Part shown: positions 1 to 10,890 of the stretch, piece by piece
How the letters are laid out: each line of letters begins with the position of its first letter
Numbering within the stretch: the stretch's first letter is position 1
Position numbers and translations under genes: made by a program
NCBI GenBank assembly: GCA_943788985.1
Contig: CALSSJ010000017.1
Coordinates: forward strand, 128,001-192,000
Reading direction: 5' to 3'
Source: an uncultured Lentisphaerales bacterium
GTDB taxonomy: Bacteria; Verrucomicrobiota; Lentisphaeria; JABSQK01; UBA12247
Length of the DNA: 64,000 nucleotides
Notes under the pieces: generated by a model
The model's input: only the letters and a program-made list of their open reading frames with translations
What the model was told of the DNA's origin: nothing
The model's database searches: none

Positions 1-234
1 AATATAGAGCGCATAGCCTCAGCTGTCGCGAGCATATACGGCAGAGGGCGCAGCTCAGCCCTGAAGATCATTCCCATATCTACGCCGAGGGGACTATTTA
101 GGCTCGCATGGGCACGGACAGGAAGGAGGGTCGGTGAGGCTATCCTGGCATTGAGTGTACTGGGTATTCTGCAACGGCCCGCCATTGAGACAGGCAGTCG
201 TGCGGGCCGTCAATAGTGCCCCATCTCTCCGCAG

Positions 235-945
235 CTAAATCATTGATTCGCGCTCAAAGCGTCGTATCGCCCAAAACTGCGGCGGTGTGTCCGCGGCGGC
301 CACCTCAGCCGCAACATTGGCAGGGGTTGGGATCTCTTTTGGACTGACACCCTGATCCAGCATTTGACGCAAGATCGCAATCTGCATCGCACGCGGCCTT
401 TCTTCGATCCCTATTTCAGGGCCGCTGGCAGGCATCTTTTCATCAGCACTCACGGCATAGTCTCCAATCTCATCAGCTCCGCTGTGCAGTTCTTTCCGCA
501 CGAAGGTTTCCTGTTGGTCATTCGCCCGATGCGGCGCGTAATGACGAATCAGTAGAACGATATGCTTCCCGGCAACGCACTCCAAGATCAGACGCAACCT
601 CGCGCTATTTCGACGCAGCCACGATACCACATCACCGGCAGCTGCAGCACGCATCAGACTCAAGCCGGCAAATGCTGCATCGTCTTGCCGTAAGTCTCGC
701 TCGTCTGTGGTGGCGAGTGCTACAAGGGTGTAGCGAAGTTGCGGCAGGTTAAACTGCACCTGAGGTTGAACCTCTCCTGCAACGTAGCTCAGATTGAACA
801 GATCGCGCACGTCGGGCGCCTGCTCCTTGAGCTTATGGCCGATAAACACACCGGATTGCAACTCAATCGCCACATCATCCCAGTCCACCGCCCCTCGTAG
901 GCTATCCGGCACAACTTCTCTCAGGAATCCTCGCGCGGCAGCCAA
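235..945 (-). pseudogene. Degenerate Rpn/YhgA-like recombination-promoting nuclease (putative transposase_31 family)
   Basis: N-terminus ARGFLREVVPDSLRGAVDWD..IELQSGVFIGHKLKEQAPD resembles the Rpn N-terminus, and the C-terminus IAILRQMLDQGVSPKEI resembles the Rpn tail. The central PD-(D/E)xK segment (..EHQS..) is absent, and the upstream frame has stops. Confidence 0.6.
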
Positions 946-1161
946 CCCCGAACAGTCGGTAAACTATCTAAATCGTCATCGTCCGTGTACTATCTTCCTC
1001 CCGGTAAATTACTGTTAATCTCCTAGGCTTTCTGTCACGCAGCCGATTTCAATTCAGGAACCTGCGAAGGTCCCTTGCTCGATGCAGTCGTGCAGGGGTG
1101 CAAGATTCGCGCTTGGCAGCATACAGTACCGCCCTGTTCCTACCGTGAATTCGAGATTTCC

Positions 1162-3159
1162 ATGACACAACGCAAGATCCTCGTCACCTCTGCCTTGCCT
1201 TACGCGAACGGCAGCATCCATATCGGCCACCTGGTAGAATATCTGCAGACTGATATTTGGGTGCGCTTTCAGAAGATGCGCGGCCATGAATGCCGCTATG
1301 TGTGCGCGGATGACACTCACGGCACGCCGATTATGATTCGCGCCAGGCAGGAAGGAATCACACCAGAAGCGCTTATTGCCAACAGCTATGCCGAGCATAC
1401 GCAGGACTTTGCCGACTTCGAGATTGCGTTCGATAACTACTCATCGACGAACAGCGAACACAATCGCGTGCTCTGTAACGAGATTTCGGCCGCGATGGCT
1501 GATCACACAGAGTGGCTGCCCGTCGAGCAGGCCTATTGCGATACCTGCAGCATGTTTTTACCTGACCGCTTTGTGCGCGGGACCTGCCCCGCTTGCGGGC
1601 TCCAGGACCAATACGGGGACTCCTGCGACAACGGGCATACCTACCAACCCACCGAACTTCTGGACCCTGCCTGCGCGACCTGCGGCACCGCACCCAGTCG
1701 CAAAAGCGCAGACCACCTGTTCTTTAAACTCGAGCCCTTCCGCGCATTTCTGCAGGAGTGGGTCCCCGGACATACCCAGCAAGAGATAGCCAACAAGCTG
1801 CAGGAGTGGCTGGATGGTGAGCTGCGCCCGTGGGATATTTCACGGCCCGAGCCGTATTTCGGCTTTGAGATTCCTGGCCATCCGGGCCAGTATTTCTACG
1901 TCTGGGTCGATGCGCCGATCGGCTACATCGGCGCCACCCGCGAATGGGCAGAGCGCGAGGGCCGCGACTACAAGGAATTCTGGCAGAGCGAAGACGCCGA
2001 GATCTACCACTTTATCGGCAAGGACATTGTCTATTTTCACACACTGTTTTGGCCAGCGATGCTAAAGGGAGCTGGCTACAGCACACCCTCGAGTGTGTTC
2101 GTGCACGGGTTCCTCACGGTAAACGGCGAGAAGATGTCCAAGAGCAAGGGCACCTTTATCAGCGCCCGGACCTATCTGGATAATCTCGGCCCGATGTACC
2201 TGCGCTATTACTACGCCTGTAAGCTGGGCGGCGGCGTCGAAGACATCGACATGAATCTTGACGACTTCATTAAGCGGGTTAACTCCGATCTGATCGGAAA
2301 GATCACGAATGTGGCCTCCCGCGGTGCCCAGATGTTGTACAAGCGCCTGGATGGGCAGCTCGGCAGCATTCCCAAGAACGGTACACAGCTCCTACGCGAC
2401 GCGCAGTGTCGGGCAGAGACGATCGCCGCCCATTACGAAGCTCGCGAGTACAGCAAGGCTATCGTCCAGATTCGCGAGATTGCGGAGTCCGCAAACCGCT
2501 ACTTCGATGAGCAGCAGCCCTGGGTTACGATCAAGTCCGATCCGGAAGCCGCGCGTGGCGTGATGACCACCGTCCTTAACGTATTCCGGACGATCGCGAT
2601 CTACCTGAAGCCGGTTCTGCCTGGCTATGTGGAGAAGGTCGAAGCGTTGTTCATCGAAGAGCCATACAGCTGGGACTCGGCGCAGCAGACCTTGGAGAAT
2701 CGCGCCATCGCGGCCTACACACATCTGGCGAGCCGGATTGAGCACAAGGCGATTGAAGCGATCATCGAGGCATCACGCCAAGCCCCACTGGAGCCTGAGC
2801 CGGAGCCTGAGGTCAAGATCGAGCCGATCGCCGATGAAGTCAGCTTTGACGAGTTCATGAAGGTGGACCTGCGGGTGGCGAAGATCGTGAAAGCTGAGGC
2901 GATAGAAAAGGCGAACAAGCTGTTGCGCCTGACCGTGGATTTGGGGGGCGAAGAGCGGCAGATCATTGCCGGAATTAAGCAGGCCTACAAGCCTGAAGAT
3001 CTGGTGGGTCGGTTGACCGTGGTGGTTGCGAACCTCGCACCACGCACGATGAAATTTGGCGTTTCCGAGGGCATGGTCCTGGCGGCTGGCGAAGGCGGCG
3101 CTGAGCTGATGATTCTCTCACCTGATGATGGCGCCAAGCCGGGACAGCGCATCTCGTGA
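1162..3159 (+). CDS. metG: Methionine--tRNA ligase with C-terminal tRNA-binding (OB) domain
   Basis: ILVTSALPYANGSIHIGH (HIGH), KMSKS, zinc knuckles, C-terminal DLRVAKI..NLAPR..SEGM. ATG at 1162. Confidence 0.98.
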   Translation: MTQRKILVTSALPYANGSIHIGHLVEYLQTDIWVRFQKMRGHECRYVCADDTHGTPIMIRARQEGITPEALIANSYAEHTQDFADFEIAFDNYSSTNSEHNRVLCNEISAAMADHTEWLPVEQAYCDTCSMFLPDRFVRGTCPACGLQDQYGDSCDNGHTYQPTELLDPACATCGTAPSRKSADHLFFKLEPFRAFLQEWVPGHTQQEIANKLQEWLDGELRPWDISRPEPYFGFEIPGHPGQYFYVWVDAPIGYIGATREWAEREGRDYKEFWQSEDAEIYHFIGKDIVYFHTLFWPAMLKGAGYSTPSSVFVHGFLTVNGEKMSKSKGTFISARTYLDNLGPMYLRYYYACKLGGGVEDIDMNLDDFIKRVNSDLIGKITNVASRGAQMLYKRLDGQLGSIPKNGTQLLRDAQCRAETIAAHYEAREYSKAIVQIREIAESANRYFDEQQPWVTIKSDPEAARGVMTTVLNVFRTIAIYLKPVLPGYVEKVEALFIEEPYSWDSAQQTLENRAIAAYTHLASRIEHKAIEAIIEASRQAPLEPEPEPEVKIEPIADEVSFDEFMKVDLRVAKIVKAEAIEKANKLLRLTVDLGGEERQIIAGIKQAYKPEDLVGRLTVVVANLAPRTMKFGVSEGMVLAAGEGGAELMILSPDDGAKPGQRIS

Positions 3160-3599
3160 GCCGCTCGGTGCTGAACGCTGCGCTAAGCTGCTGCTTGCTA
3201 TTTACGGCCTGCAGTCGTTTCGAAGCCACGCCCATCCTAGATGCGGCCTGGGAGAACGACGGCGCAACGGTACGCGCCATGATTGAGGCGGGAACCCCAG
3301 TGTCTACGGCGGATATTCACGGCTATACCGCGCTGCACGTTGCCGCTTCGAACGGGGACGCCGAGCTAGTCCACTGGTTGCTCGAGCGCGGCGCAGACGC
3401 GCACACACTGACGTTCAATCAGGACACGGTGATTGAGCTAGCCGCGGTACGCTACTTTGCGCTGGTCGATCAGTTGAACTGGGCCCGCGCATCACGCGCT
3501 ACCGCCCAGCCTCTTCTAAACGGCTACTTGAACATCCGTGAGCAGCTAATCACCGCTGGCAGCGATCCCGAAATCTGGGGCAGGCCCAACGGTCTGTAG
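3156..3599 (+). CDS. Ankyrin-repeat protein, probable lipoprotein
   Basis: GYTALHVAASNGDAELVHWLLERGAD ankyrin motif; LFTAC lipobox-like segment; GTGA overlap with the metG stop. Confidence 0.8.
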   Translation: MSRSVLNAALSCCLLFTACSRFEATPILDAAWENDGATVRAMIEAGTPVSTADIHGYTALHVAASNGDAELVHWLLERGADAHTLTFNQDTVIELAAVRYFALVDQLNWARASRATAQPLLNGYLNIREQLITAGSDPEIWGRPNGL

Positions 3600-3659
3600 T
3601 GAGCGACGGGAGTCAATCAGTCCTGCGACTGCTGGAACCGATACCGCCACGATCACATC

Positions 3660-4528
3660 TACGGACGCCGGGGGACTCGACCTCACTGGTACAAAGCCGA
3701 TCAACGTCACCTACCGCATGACCACAGATTGTATCGTACCCCACCGGCTCGCTTCCGAATGTGCTTACCGTGAGCTACGACGAGAATCCGGGCGCTGATC
3801 TGGGCCTCGGCAACGGTTCTACGATCGATTTCGAAGCAATCCGGGGAACTGGCTTTACGAACCCGACGCTCACAGGTGGGACGTTGACGCCTACTTTGGT
3901 CGGTGATAGCTACCGGACTACGGTGGGCGAAGTAGCAGCTCTGACCGTCGGGACGTTTCAATCTCCCTCAACGCGACCGAATTCGACGATCTGCTGATCT
4001 AGGTCAACGGTCTCGATCCCTGCGCCCCCGGTACGACGTTGTCGGACGACGCGTCGCCGTACGTACTCATCGAGCAACCAAACATCGAGATTAGCGCGGT
4101 AGGCGCGAGTATACTTTTCTGCGGCGACGGCAAGATGCCGGTGACGGTGTTCAACAACAACGCCTCGAGCGACCCCGGCCCGGCTTCCACCTTCTCCAAG
4201 GATACGCTCATCTCAGGCAACGCCGTCACCGTCAAAAACGTGACTGCTGGCTACTGCACCGACCGACCTCAATGGTGACTACGAATTCACCAATCTCACG
4301 GACGCCAACTACGTCTTCGGAGAGACCGATTCCCCTGGCGCCATCTCAACCTCGGACGCCGACACACCACCGTTCTACGATAGCTATGTTGGCGTCGCTT
4401 TTGCCAGCATCGACTTCACCGGCAATGACTGTCTAGACACCCAGGAAATCTTCTCGACCGTAATAACGACAGGATCCCAATTTTTCCCCGCTTACTCCTC
4501 CGGACACAAAATGCCGGTGGCGCCATAG
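3660..4528 (+). pseudogene. Frameshifted remnant of a large surface/adhesin protein with an SdrD-B/Cna-B-like repeat
   Basis: Thr/Gly-rich beta-type fragments in changing frames. Frame 4244-4528 reads LLATAPTDLNGDYEFTNLTDANYVFGETDSPGAISTSDADT...FTGNDCLD with no start codon. Confidence 0.6.
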
Positions 4529-5020
4529 TGATTGCCAGCACGCACTACGGCGAGGCAGATATCGAGCATGCCATGGTTCGGAAAGCACTACGCTTCATGG
4601 CCAAAAATGGCGGCTCCTGAGGCGAATTCATGCTGTTGGAAAAGCGTGATCTGGCTAGCGCCGCCCAAACCTTTTAGCTCTTCGGTGCCCCTGCCCTGCG
4701 CAGCGCGTCCAATTCCGATGACCGGGCCATCTAGTTGCGGAGTCCGCAAGGCGGCAGCTTTGTCGGTCCGGGGCCTCCGTCCCCATCGAGTTACCCCTCA
4801 CCGGCAAAGGCTGATGGGACGAAACTCTCAATATCAGCTACCGCCGCAACGGCGGGCCTTGGACCGAAATTTACCGCACGCAGGTTATTCCCGGTGTCTT
4901 TGAGTACCAAGTGCCATGGCAACCTCCAGCGGATGGTGCACGATACCATATTCGCATTGGTTTCCCCGCCGAGCAGTAGTTCGGCAGCTCGATTCTTACC
5001 ACCCCAGCCAGGAATTCGCT

Positions 5021-5488
5021 ATGTCTCAGAAGAGCCTTGTCCTCATCAAGCCAGACGGCGTCCAACGTCGCCTCGTATCCACCATCCTCCAGCGCTTCGA
5101 AACTGCTGGCCTGAAGCTGCACGCGCTGAAGTTTCTGGTCGCAACAACCGAGCAGTCCCGATCCCACTATCGGGAGCACGTCGACAAGGGCTTTTACCCG
5201 ATGGTCGAGGACTACATCACCGAAGGCCCCATCGTCGCCCTCGTCCTGAGCGGCGGTAGCTGCATCCCAAAGATCCGCCAGATGGTCGGTGCCACCACGC
5301 CAGCAGAAGCTGCTCCCGGCACTATCCGCGGCGATCTCGCCCATCAGCCCATGACACAAGGCGGCGCCCTGCGCAACCTCATCCATGCCTCCGCCTCTCC
5401 AGAAGAAGCCGAGCATGAACTCGGCGTCTGGTTCACCCCCGACGAGATCGTCGACTACGCCCTCCTCGACGACCGCCTGCACTCCTAA
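5021..5488 (+). CDS. ndk: Nucleoside diphosphate kinase
   Basis: SLVLIKPDGVQR, GATTPAEAAPGTIRGD, NLIHAS catalytic His. Confidence 0.97.
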   Translation: MSQKSLVLIKPDGVQRRLVSTILQRFETAGLKLHALKFLVATTEQSRSHYREHVDKGFYPMVEDYITEGPIVALVLSGGSCIPKIRQMVGATTPAEAAPGTIRGDLAHQPMTQGGALRNLIHASASPEEAEHELGVWFTPDEIVDYALLDDRLHS

Positions 5489-5503
5489 AGTACCGTCCCA
5501 ACA

Positions 5504-5529
5504 GCTGTCGGGCATCACAGCCCGACAGC
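5504..5529 (+). terminator. Stem-loop downstream of ndk (possible terminator or stabiliser)
   Basis: Perfect 10-bp stem GCTGTCGGGC-atcaca-GCCCGACAGC; no U-tract. Confidence 0.4.
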
Positions 5530-5560
5530 CTGCGGCTGGCCATTCAAAATCCACAAAAGG

Positions 5561-5610
5561 ATCGACTAGAGTCGACTCACATCGACAGCTGTCGACTAGA
5601 GACGATCTGT
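5561..5610. repeat. Imperfect 10-bp tandem repeat, 5 units, core TCGAC
   Basis: atcgactaga/gtcgactcac/atcgacagct/gtcgactaga/gacgatctgt. Confidence 0.6.
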
Positions 5611-5626
5611 TGGTGCTACCGGTCTT

Positions 5627-5669
5627 AACTTGGAAATTGGATATTCCTTGTTGGCTGTTGGATATCGAT
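5627..5669. repeat. Dispersed repeat family A, single arm
   Basis: ..TTCCTTGTTGGCTGTTGGATAT matches ..TTCCATGTTGGCTGTTGGATAT at about 23840-23861. Confidence 0.75.
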
Positions 5670-5755
5670 CAAGTTGTCGCAGCGGGTTGCTACTGGCGAC
5701 GAAGGCGCGATTGTATCAGGTTCAACAATACGCTCCCTTCGATCGAGAGATAACC

Positions 5756-7621
5756 ATGCCCAAGAAACGCTTCCGCAGCTCCCGTACCACACAGGGGCGC
5801 CACATGGCAGGCGCACGTGCACTCTGGCGCGCCACCGGCTTCAAGACTGAAGACTTTCAGAAGCCCATTATTGCTATCGCCAATTCCTTTACCCAGTTCG
5901 TCCCCGGACACGTTCATCTCCACAGCTACGGCCAGATGATCAAGAAGATGATCGATGATGCCGGCGGCGTAGGCGTAGAATTTAATACCATCGCCGTCGA
6001 TGATGGTATCGCTATGGGCCACGGCGGCATGCTGTATTCCTTACCTAGCCGCGAGCTGATTGCCGATAGCGTAGAATATATGGTCAATGCCCATGTGGCC
6101 GATGGCCTGATCTGTATCTCGAATTGCGATAAGATTACGCCCGGGATGATGATTGGGGCCATGCGCCTGAACATCCCCACGATCTTTATCGCTGGCGGGC
6201 CTATGGAAGCTGGCAAGGCCGAGACCTCCCAAGGCGAAATTTCCTTGGATCTCGTCGATGCCATGGTGATGGCTGCCGATGACTCCGTATCCGATGCCGA
6301 CCTGGACCAAATCGAAGCCAACGCCTGCCCCACCTGCGGCTCCTGCTCCGGTATGTTTACGGCCAATAGTATGAACTGCCTCGCCGAGGCATTGGGGATC
6401 GCTCTGCCGGGCAATGGCACCATTCTTGCCACCCACTCCCTGCGCCGCACGCTCTTCGAACAAGCAGCCACGCGCATCGTCGAGATGTGCAACGCGCACT
6501 ATCTCGAAGGCGATGACTCCGTTCTCCCGCATTCGATTGCGAACTTCGCAGCCTTTGAGAACGCCATGGCCTGTGACATTGCCATGGGCGGCTCCACCAA
6601 CACCGTGCTGCACATCCTGGCCATCGCCAGAGCCGCCGGTTTGAACTTCACCATGCAGGACATCGACCGCCTCTCTCGTGGCACGCCCTGCGTCTGTAAG
6701 GTTGCGCCAAGCTCAGATTACCACATGGAAGACATCAGCCGCGCTGGCGGGATCCCCACGATCCTCGGCAAGCTCGAACGCGGTGGCTTTTTTAAAGGCG
6801 AGTGTCTTACCGTATCCGGCGACACGCAGGCCGTCCAGATCCGGAAGAACGATATTCACCTCAAAGCCGACGAGCTGACTGACCACGCTGTACAACGCTC
6901 ATTGTCCGCACCTGGCGGCGTCCGCACCAAGGTCGGCTTTGGCCAAGAAGAACAGTACGCCGAGGCAGACACCGATGCTAAGACCGGCGCCATCCGTGAT
7001 GTTGAGCACGCCTACAGCCAGGACGGCGGCCTTTGCGTCCTCTTCGGCAACATTGCCCAGGAAGGCTGCATCGTCAAAACCGCAGGCGTAGACGCCAGCA
7101 TTCACATCTTCTCCGGCCCGGCTCGCATTTGCGATTCGCAGGAAGAGTCCGTCGACCTCATCCTCGGCGGCAAGATCAACGAAGGTGATGTCGTCATCAT
7201 TCGCTACGAAGGCCCCAAGGGTGGCCCAGGCATGCAGGAAATGCTCTACCCCACCTCGTATCTGAAGTCGCGCAAGCTCGACAAGCAATGCGCCCTGATC
7301 ACAGACGGACGCTTTAGCGGTGGCACATCCGGACTCTCCATCGGCCACGTCTCCCCAGAAGCAGGCGAAGGTGGAAACCTCGGTCTGCTCCAAGACGGCG
7401 ACATCATCGAAATCAACATCCCGCAACGCTCCATCAACGTAAAACTCAGCGACGCCGAACTGGATACCCGCCGCACCGAGATGGAAGCACTTGGCGATGA
7501 CGCATTTACGGCTATCGGCCGCGAGCGTGTTGTCAGCGAGGCATTGCAGGCATACGGCCTCATGGCTACATCAGCAGCAACCGGCGCTGTTCGCGATATC
7601 AGCAAGCTGCGCCGCGCTTAA
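5756..7621 (+). CDS. ilvD: Dihydroxy-acid dehydratase
   Basis: [62 protein letters not shown] at 5756. Confidence 0.98.
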   Translation: MPKKRFRSSRTTQGRHMAGARALWRATGFKTEDFQKPIIAIANSFTQFVPGHVHLHSYGQMIKKMIDDAGGVGVEFNTIAVDDGIAMGHGGMLYSLPSRELIADSVEYMVNAHVADGLICISNCDKITPGMMIGAMRLNIPTIFIAGGPMEAGKAETSQGEISLDLVDAMVMAADDSVSDADLDQIEANACPTCGSCSGMFTANSMNCLAEALGIALPGNGTILATHSLRRTLFEQAATRIVEMCNAHYLEGDDSVLPHSIANFAAFENAMACDIAMGGSTNTVLHILAIARAAGLNFTMQDIDRLSRGTPCVCKVAPSSDYHMEDISRAGGIPTILGKLERGGFFKGECLTVSGDTQAVQIRKNDIHLKADELTDHAVQRSLSAPGGVRTKVGFGQEEQYAEADTDAKTGAIRDVEHAYSQDGGLCVLFGNIAQEGCIVKTAGVDASIHIFSGPARICDSQEESVDLILGGKINEGDVVIIRYEGPKGGPGMQEMLYPTSYLKSRKLDKQCALITDGRFSGGTSGLSIGHVSPEAGEGGNLGLLQDGDIIEINIPQRSINVKLSDAELDTRRTEMEALGDDAFTAIGRERVVSEALQAYGLMATSAATGAVRDISKLRRA

Positions 7622-7628
7622 CAGCCCC

Positions 7629-7662
7629 TGGATAGCGCTCGGTCTGGATCCGAGCCTATCCA
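7629..7662 (+). terminator. Stem-loop after ilvD
   Basis: TGGATAG(C)GCTCGG...CCGAGCCTATCCA, 13-bp stem with one bulge; no U-tract. Confidence 0.35.
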
Positions 7663-7750
7663 CCGACTGCTAAGCGACCAACTCCCCTCACACACACTTT
7701 TAAGGACGGGCCTTCCCGCATCACACGATGTGGCTGGAGCGCCTTTGACT

Positions 7751-9550
7751 ATGCAAGACATCCGCAACATTGCGATTATCGCTCACGTCGACCACGGAAA
7801 AACTACCCTAGTCGACAAAATTCTGGCCCAGCTCCAGCTACTTCGCACCGCCGAAGCCGAGCAGGACTGCCTGTTAGACAGTAACGATTTAGAGCGCGAG
7901 CGTGGGATCACCATTCTCTCCAAAAATATCAGCGTTCGCTACGGTGAGACCAAGATCAACCTCATCGATACCCCCGGCCATAGTGACTTCGGCGGTCAAG
8001 TCGAGCGCGTCCTACATATGGCAGACGGCGTCCTCTTGCTAGTCGACTCCGCAGAAGGCCCCATGCCACAGACTCGCTTTGTCTTGGGCAAAGCACTTGA
8101 GGCTGGCCTCCATCCCATTGTGGTCATCAATAAGATCGACAAGGCCGACGCCCGACCCGAGGCGGTCATCGATGCGGTCTTCGACTTGTTCGTCGAACTC
8201 CATGCTACCGACGCACAGCTAGATTTCCCCATCCTCTACGCAAGTGGCCGCGATGGCTGGGCCACCACCGACCTTGATGCCCCGAGCACGACTATCGTCC
8301 CGCTGCTCGACGCCATGATCGAGCACGTCCCGGCCCCAACGCTAAACGAAGGCCCGGCCCAATTGCAGATCACCTCCATCGACTACTCCGAGTATCTTGG
8401 CCGGATTGGCATCGGCCGTGTCCATCGCGGCACAGTCTCCCGCGGCTTCGTCGCGGTCTGCAAACCCAATGGCGACTCCCGCCAGGGAGAGATCCGACAG
8501 CTACACGTCTTCGAAGGTTTAGGAAAGGTCGAAGCCGATTCCGTGATCTATGGCGAAATCTGTGCCGTTGCCGGCATCACTGACATTGACATCGGTGACA
8601 CGATCTGCCCCACCACCAATCCAGAAGCGCTGCCGGCCATCACCATGGACGAGCCTACCTTGACCATGGTCTTCCGCGTCAACGACTCGCCGTTCTATGG
8701 CAGAGAGGGAAAATTCCTCAGCAGCCGCCACCTCCGTGAGCGCTTGCTGCGCGCCGCAGAAGCAGACGTAGCGCTGCACATCACCGAGATGGACGGCGAT
8801 GCCTTTGAGATCGGCGGACGCGGCGTCCTCCACTTCTCGATTCTGCTCGAGACCATGCGTCGCGAAGGCTACGAGCTAGCCGTCTCACGCCCGCACGTCA
8901 TCTTCCATGCTGGCGACAAAGGCCGCGAAGAACCAATTGAAATTCTCAACGTTGAAGTGCCTTCAGAGTCCGCAGGTAAGGTCATTGAGCTGGTCGGCAT
9001 GCGCCGCGGTGAAATGGTTTCTATGGACCCGCAGGGCGATCGCCAGCTTCTCGTCTTTCGCGTGCCAACTCGCGGCCTGATCGGGCTGCGTAGCAAGCTC
9101 CTCACTGCCACCGCAGGTGAGGCCATCATCAATCACCTGTTCGACGCCTATGAGCCCTATCGTGGCGCCATTCCCGGCCGCCAGAACGGTGTCCTAATCA
9201 GCATGGACCAAGGCCCAGCTGCTGCCTACGCCATCGACGCCCTTCAGGCTCGCGGCACATTTTTCGTCGGCCCTACCCAGGATATCTACGAAGGCATGAT
9301 TGTCGGCGAGAATTCCAGAGATGGCGATCTAGTGGTCAACCTGCAAAAAGGCAAGCAACTGACCAACGTCCGCGCCAGCGGCACCGACCGCAGTCTCAAG
9401 ATCGCGCCTCCGATCCGCTTCAGTCTCGAAGAAGCCCTCGAGTATATCGAGGACGACGAGTTGCTCGAGATCACACCTGAAAACATCCGTCTCCGCAAGC
9501 GCCATCTCACCGAGAACGGGCGCAAGCGCAACCGGAAATCGATCGGCTGA
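7751..9550 (+). CDS. typA: Translational GTPase TypA/BipA
   Basis: [42 protein letters not shown]-terminal [20 protein letters not shown]. Confidence 0.98.
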   Translation: MQDIRNIAIIAHVDHGKTTLVDKILAQLQLLRTAEAEQDCLLDSNDLERERGITILSKNISVRYGETKINLIDTPGHSDFGGQVERVLHMADGVLLLVDSAEGPMPQTRFVLGKALEAGLHPIVVINKIDKADARPEAVIDAVFDLFVELHATDAQLDFPILYASGRDGWATTDLDAPSTTIVPLLDAMIEHVPAPTLNEGPAQLQITSIDYSEYLGRIGIGRVHRGTVSRGFVAVCKPNGDSRQGEIRQLHVFEGLGKVEADSVIYGEICAVAGITDIDIGDTICPTTNPEALPAITMDEPTLTMVFRVNDSPFYGREGKFLSSRHLRERLLRAAEADVALHITEMDGDAFEIGGRGVLHFSILLETMRREGYELAVSRPHVIFHAGDKGREEPIEILNVEVPSESAGKVIELVGMRRGEMVSMDPQGDRQLLVFRVPTRGLIGLRSKLLTATAGEAIINHLFDAYEPYRGAIPGRQNGVLISMDQGPAAAYAIDALQARGTFFVGPTQDIYEGMIVGENSRDGDLVVNLQKGKQLTNVRASGTDRSLKIAPPIRFSLEEALEYIEDDELLEITPENIRLRKRHLTENGRKRNRKSIG

Positions 9551-10386
9551 AAAGCTGGCAGCAGCATCTGGAAGTGGCCCTGGGTACGACAATTCGTACC
9601 TGGCGGCCACTGCACGGCGGTTGCATCGCCCAAGCCTTCCTTGCGGAGTCCGCAACAGATCAATTCTTCGTCAAGCATTGCCCAGCTGGCGCGCCCGAGA
9701 TGTTTGCCGCGGAGGCCGCCGGCCTGCGAACGCTTGCGAACTCCGCAACCCTTCGCATCCCGGCCGTCCTCGCCGTCAGCGAAGCATTTCTCGTCCTCGA
9801 GTATGTCGAGCCGGGCACACCTGGCCCAGCCTTCATGCCCGATTTCGGTGCCCAGTTCGCCGCCCTGCACCGCGCCTCCGCAGCCAAATTCGGCTTCACC
9901 GGCGACACTTTTCTTGGCACCACGCGCCAGCACAATGCGGAGTCCGCAAGCTGGCCGGAATTCTTCTACGAGCATCGCCTTGTCGCCCAGCTCCAGCTAG
10001 CCGAGCAAAACCACCTGGCCACGCCCGAGCTTCGCCACGCAATCCGCAGTCTCGAAGCGCGCATCGCCCAGCTTCTCGCCACCGACGAGCCTCCCGCCCT
10101 GTTGCACGGCGATCTTTGGTCGGGGAATTTTCTCGTCGCTCATGATGGCGCCCCCTGCATCTTTGATCCCGCCGTTTACTATGGAAGTCGCGAAGCCGAC
10201 CTAGCGATGACCTATCTCTTCGGCGGCTTCGACTCAGCGTTCTACGACGCCTACCAAGAAGCGTGGCCGCTCCCCGACGGCCACGCCCGTCGTCGCCGCC
10301 TCTACGAAGCCTACCACATGCTGAACCACCTCAACCTCTTTGGCTCCAGCTACTACAGCGCGGCCCTCAGCCGCCTGACTGCCTAA
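9547..10386 (+). CDS. Fructosamine kinase family protein; start uncertain (CTG 9547 or GTG 9574)
   Basis: GGCI, FFVK, MFAAEAAGL, LLHGDLWSGN, FDPAVYYGSREADLAM, LNHLNLFG. Confidence 0.92.
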   Translation: MKSWQQHLEVALGTTIRTWRPLHGGCIAQAFLAESATDQFFVKHCPAGAPEMFAAEAAGLRTLANSATLRIPAVLAVSEAFLVLEYVEPGTPGPAFMPDFGAQFAALHRASAAKFGFTGDTFLGTTRQHNAESASWPEFFYEHRLVAQLQLAEQNHLATPELRHAIRSLEARIAQLLATDEPPALLHGDLWSGNFLVAHDGAPCIFDPAVYYGSREADLAMTYLFGGFDSAFYDAYQEAWPLPDGHARRRRLYEAYHMLNHLNLFGSSYYSAALSRLTA

Positions 10387-10460
10387 CAACTCGAAGGTTC
10401 GTAGTGAGCCTCCTAGCGAAGCGGAGTGGCGTTCTTTCGTGCGACATGTCTGGAAATCTT

Positions 10461-10500
10461 AGGACTTGGTGACTCCATGACTCGATGATACCCGACTACG
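10461..10500 (-). repeat. Dispersed repeat family B, copy 1
   Basis: AGGACTTGGTGACTCCATGACTCG is the reverse complement of 40356-40379 at 23/24 positions. Confidence 0.75.
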
Positions 10501-10625
10501 TCGTAACTACGCTGAAGTGGTGATAAACTGGCTGACGAGCGGCCCCACAGGATGAGCTTGGTGTCCGATCCCGAAATGTACCTGCATATTCGGGTACAAC
10601 TTAACGGGCCATAGTATCGCGCTAA

Positions 10626-10642
10626 ACTAGACTTAGTCTAGT
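10626..10642. promoter_or_regulatory. Palindromic operator upstream of the TA operon
   Basis: ACTAGACT-T-AGTCTAGT, a perfect inverted repeat 23 bp upstream of the antitoxin ATG. Confidence 0.7.
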
Positions 10643-10665
10643 CAGGTCAAGCGGAGCAAGAAAAC

Positions 10666-10890
10666 ATGCAAGTCAATATGCTGGAAGCAAAGACAAATCT
10701 ATCCAAGCTCGCGGCATTCGTTGCTGATGGCGGTGAGAAAGTGGTTATCGCCAAGGCCGGAACGCCTTTAGTGGACTTAGTTCCCCATCAAGAGGCCAAG
10801 GCTCGCACTCCAGCCGGCTACGATGTGATTATGGACGAGTTCGATCAAGCAGACGATGTGATCGCGGCATTATTTGAAGGGCGGGAATGA
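10666..10890 (+). CDS. Phd/YefM family antitoxin
   Basis: VNMLEAKTNLSKL...GEKVVIAKAGTPLVDLVP. Confidence 0.92.
   Translation: MQVNMLEAKTNLSKLAAFVADGGEKVVIAKAGTPLVDLVPHQEAKARTPAGYDVIMDEFDQADDVIAALFEGRE

Noticed and set aside
1..76. Start of a minus-strand gene running off the window (MGMIFRAELRP...)
   Set aside because: It is too short to support any call.
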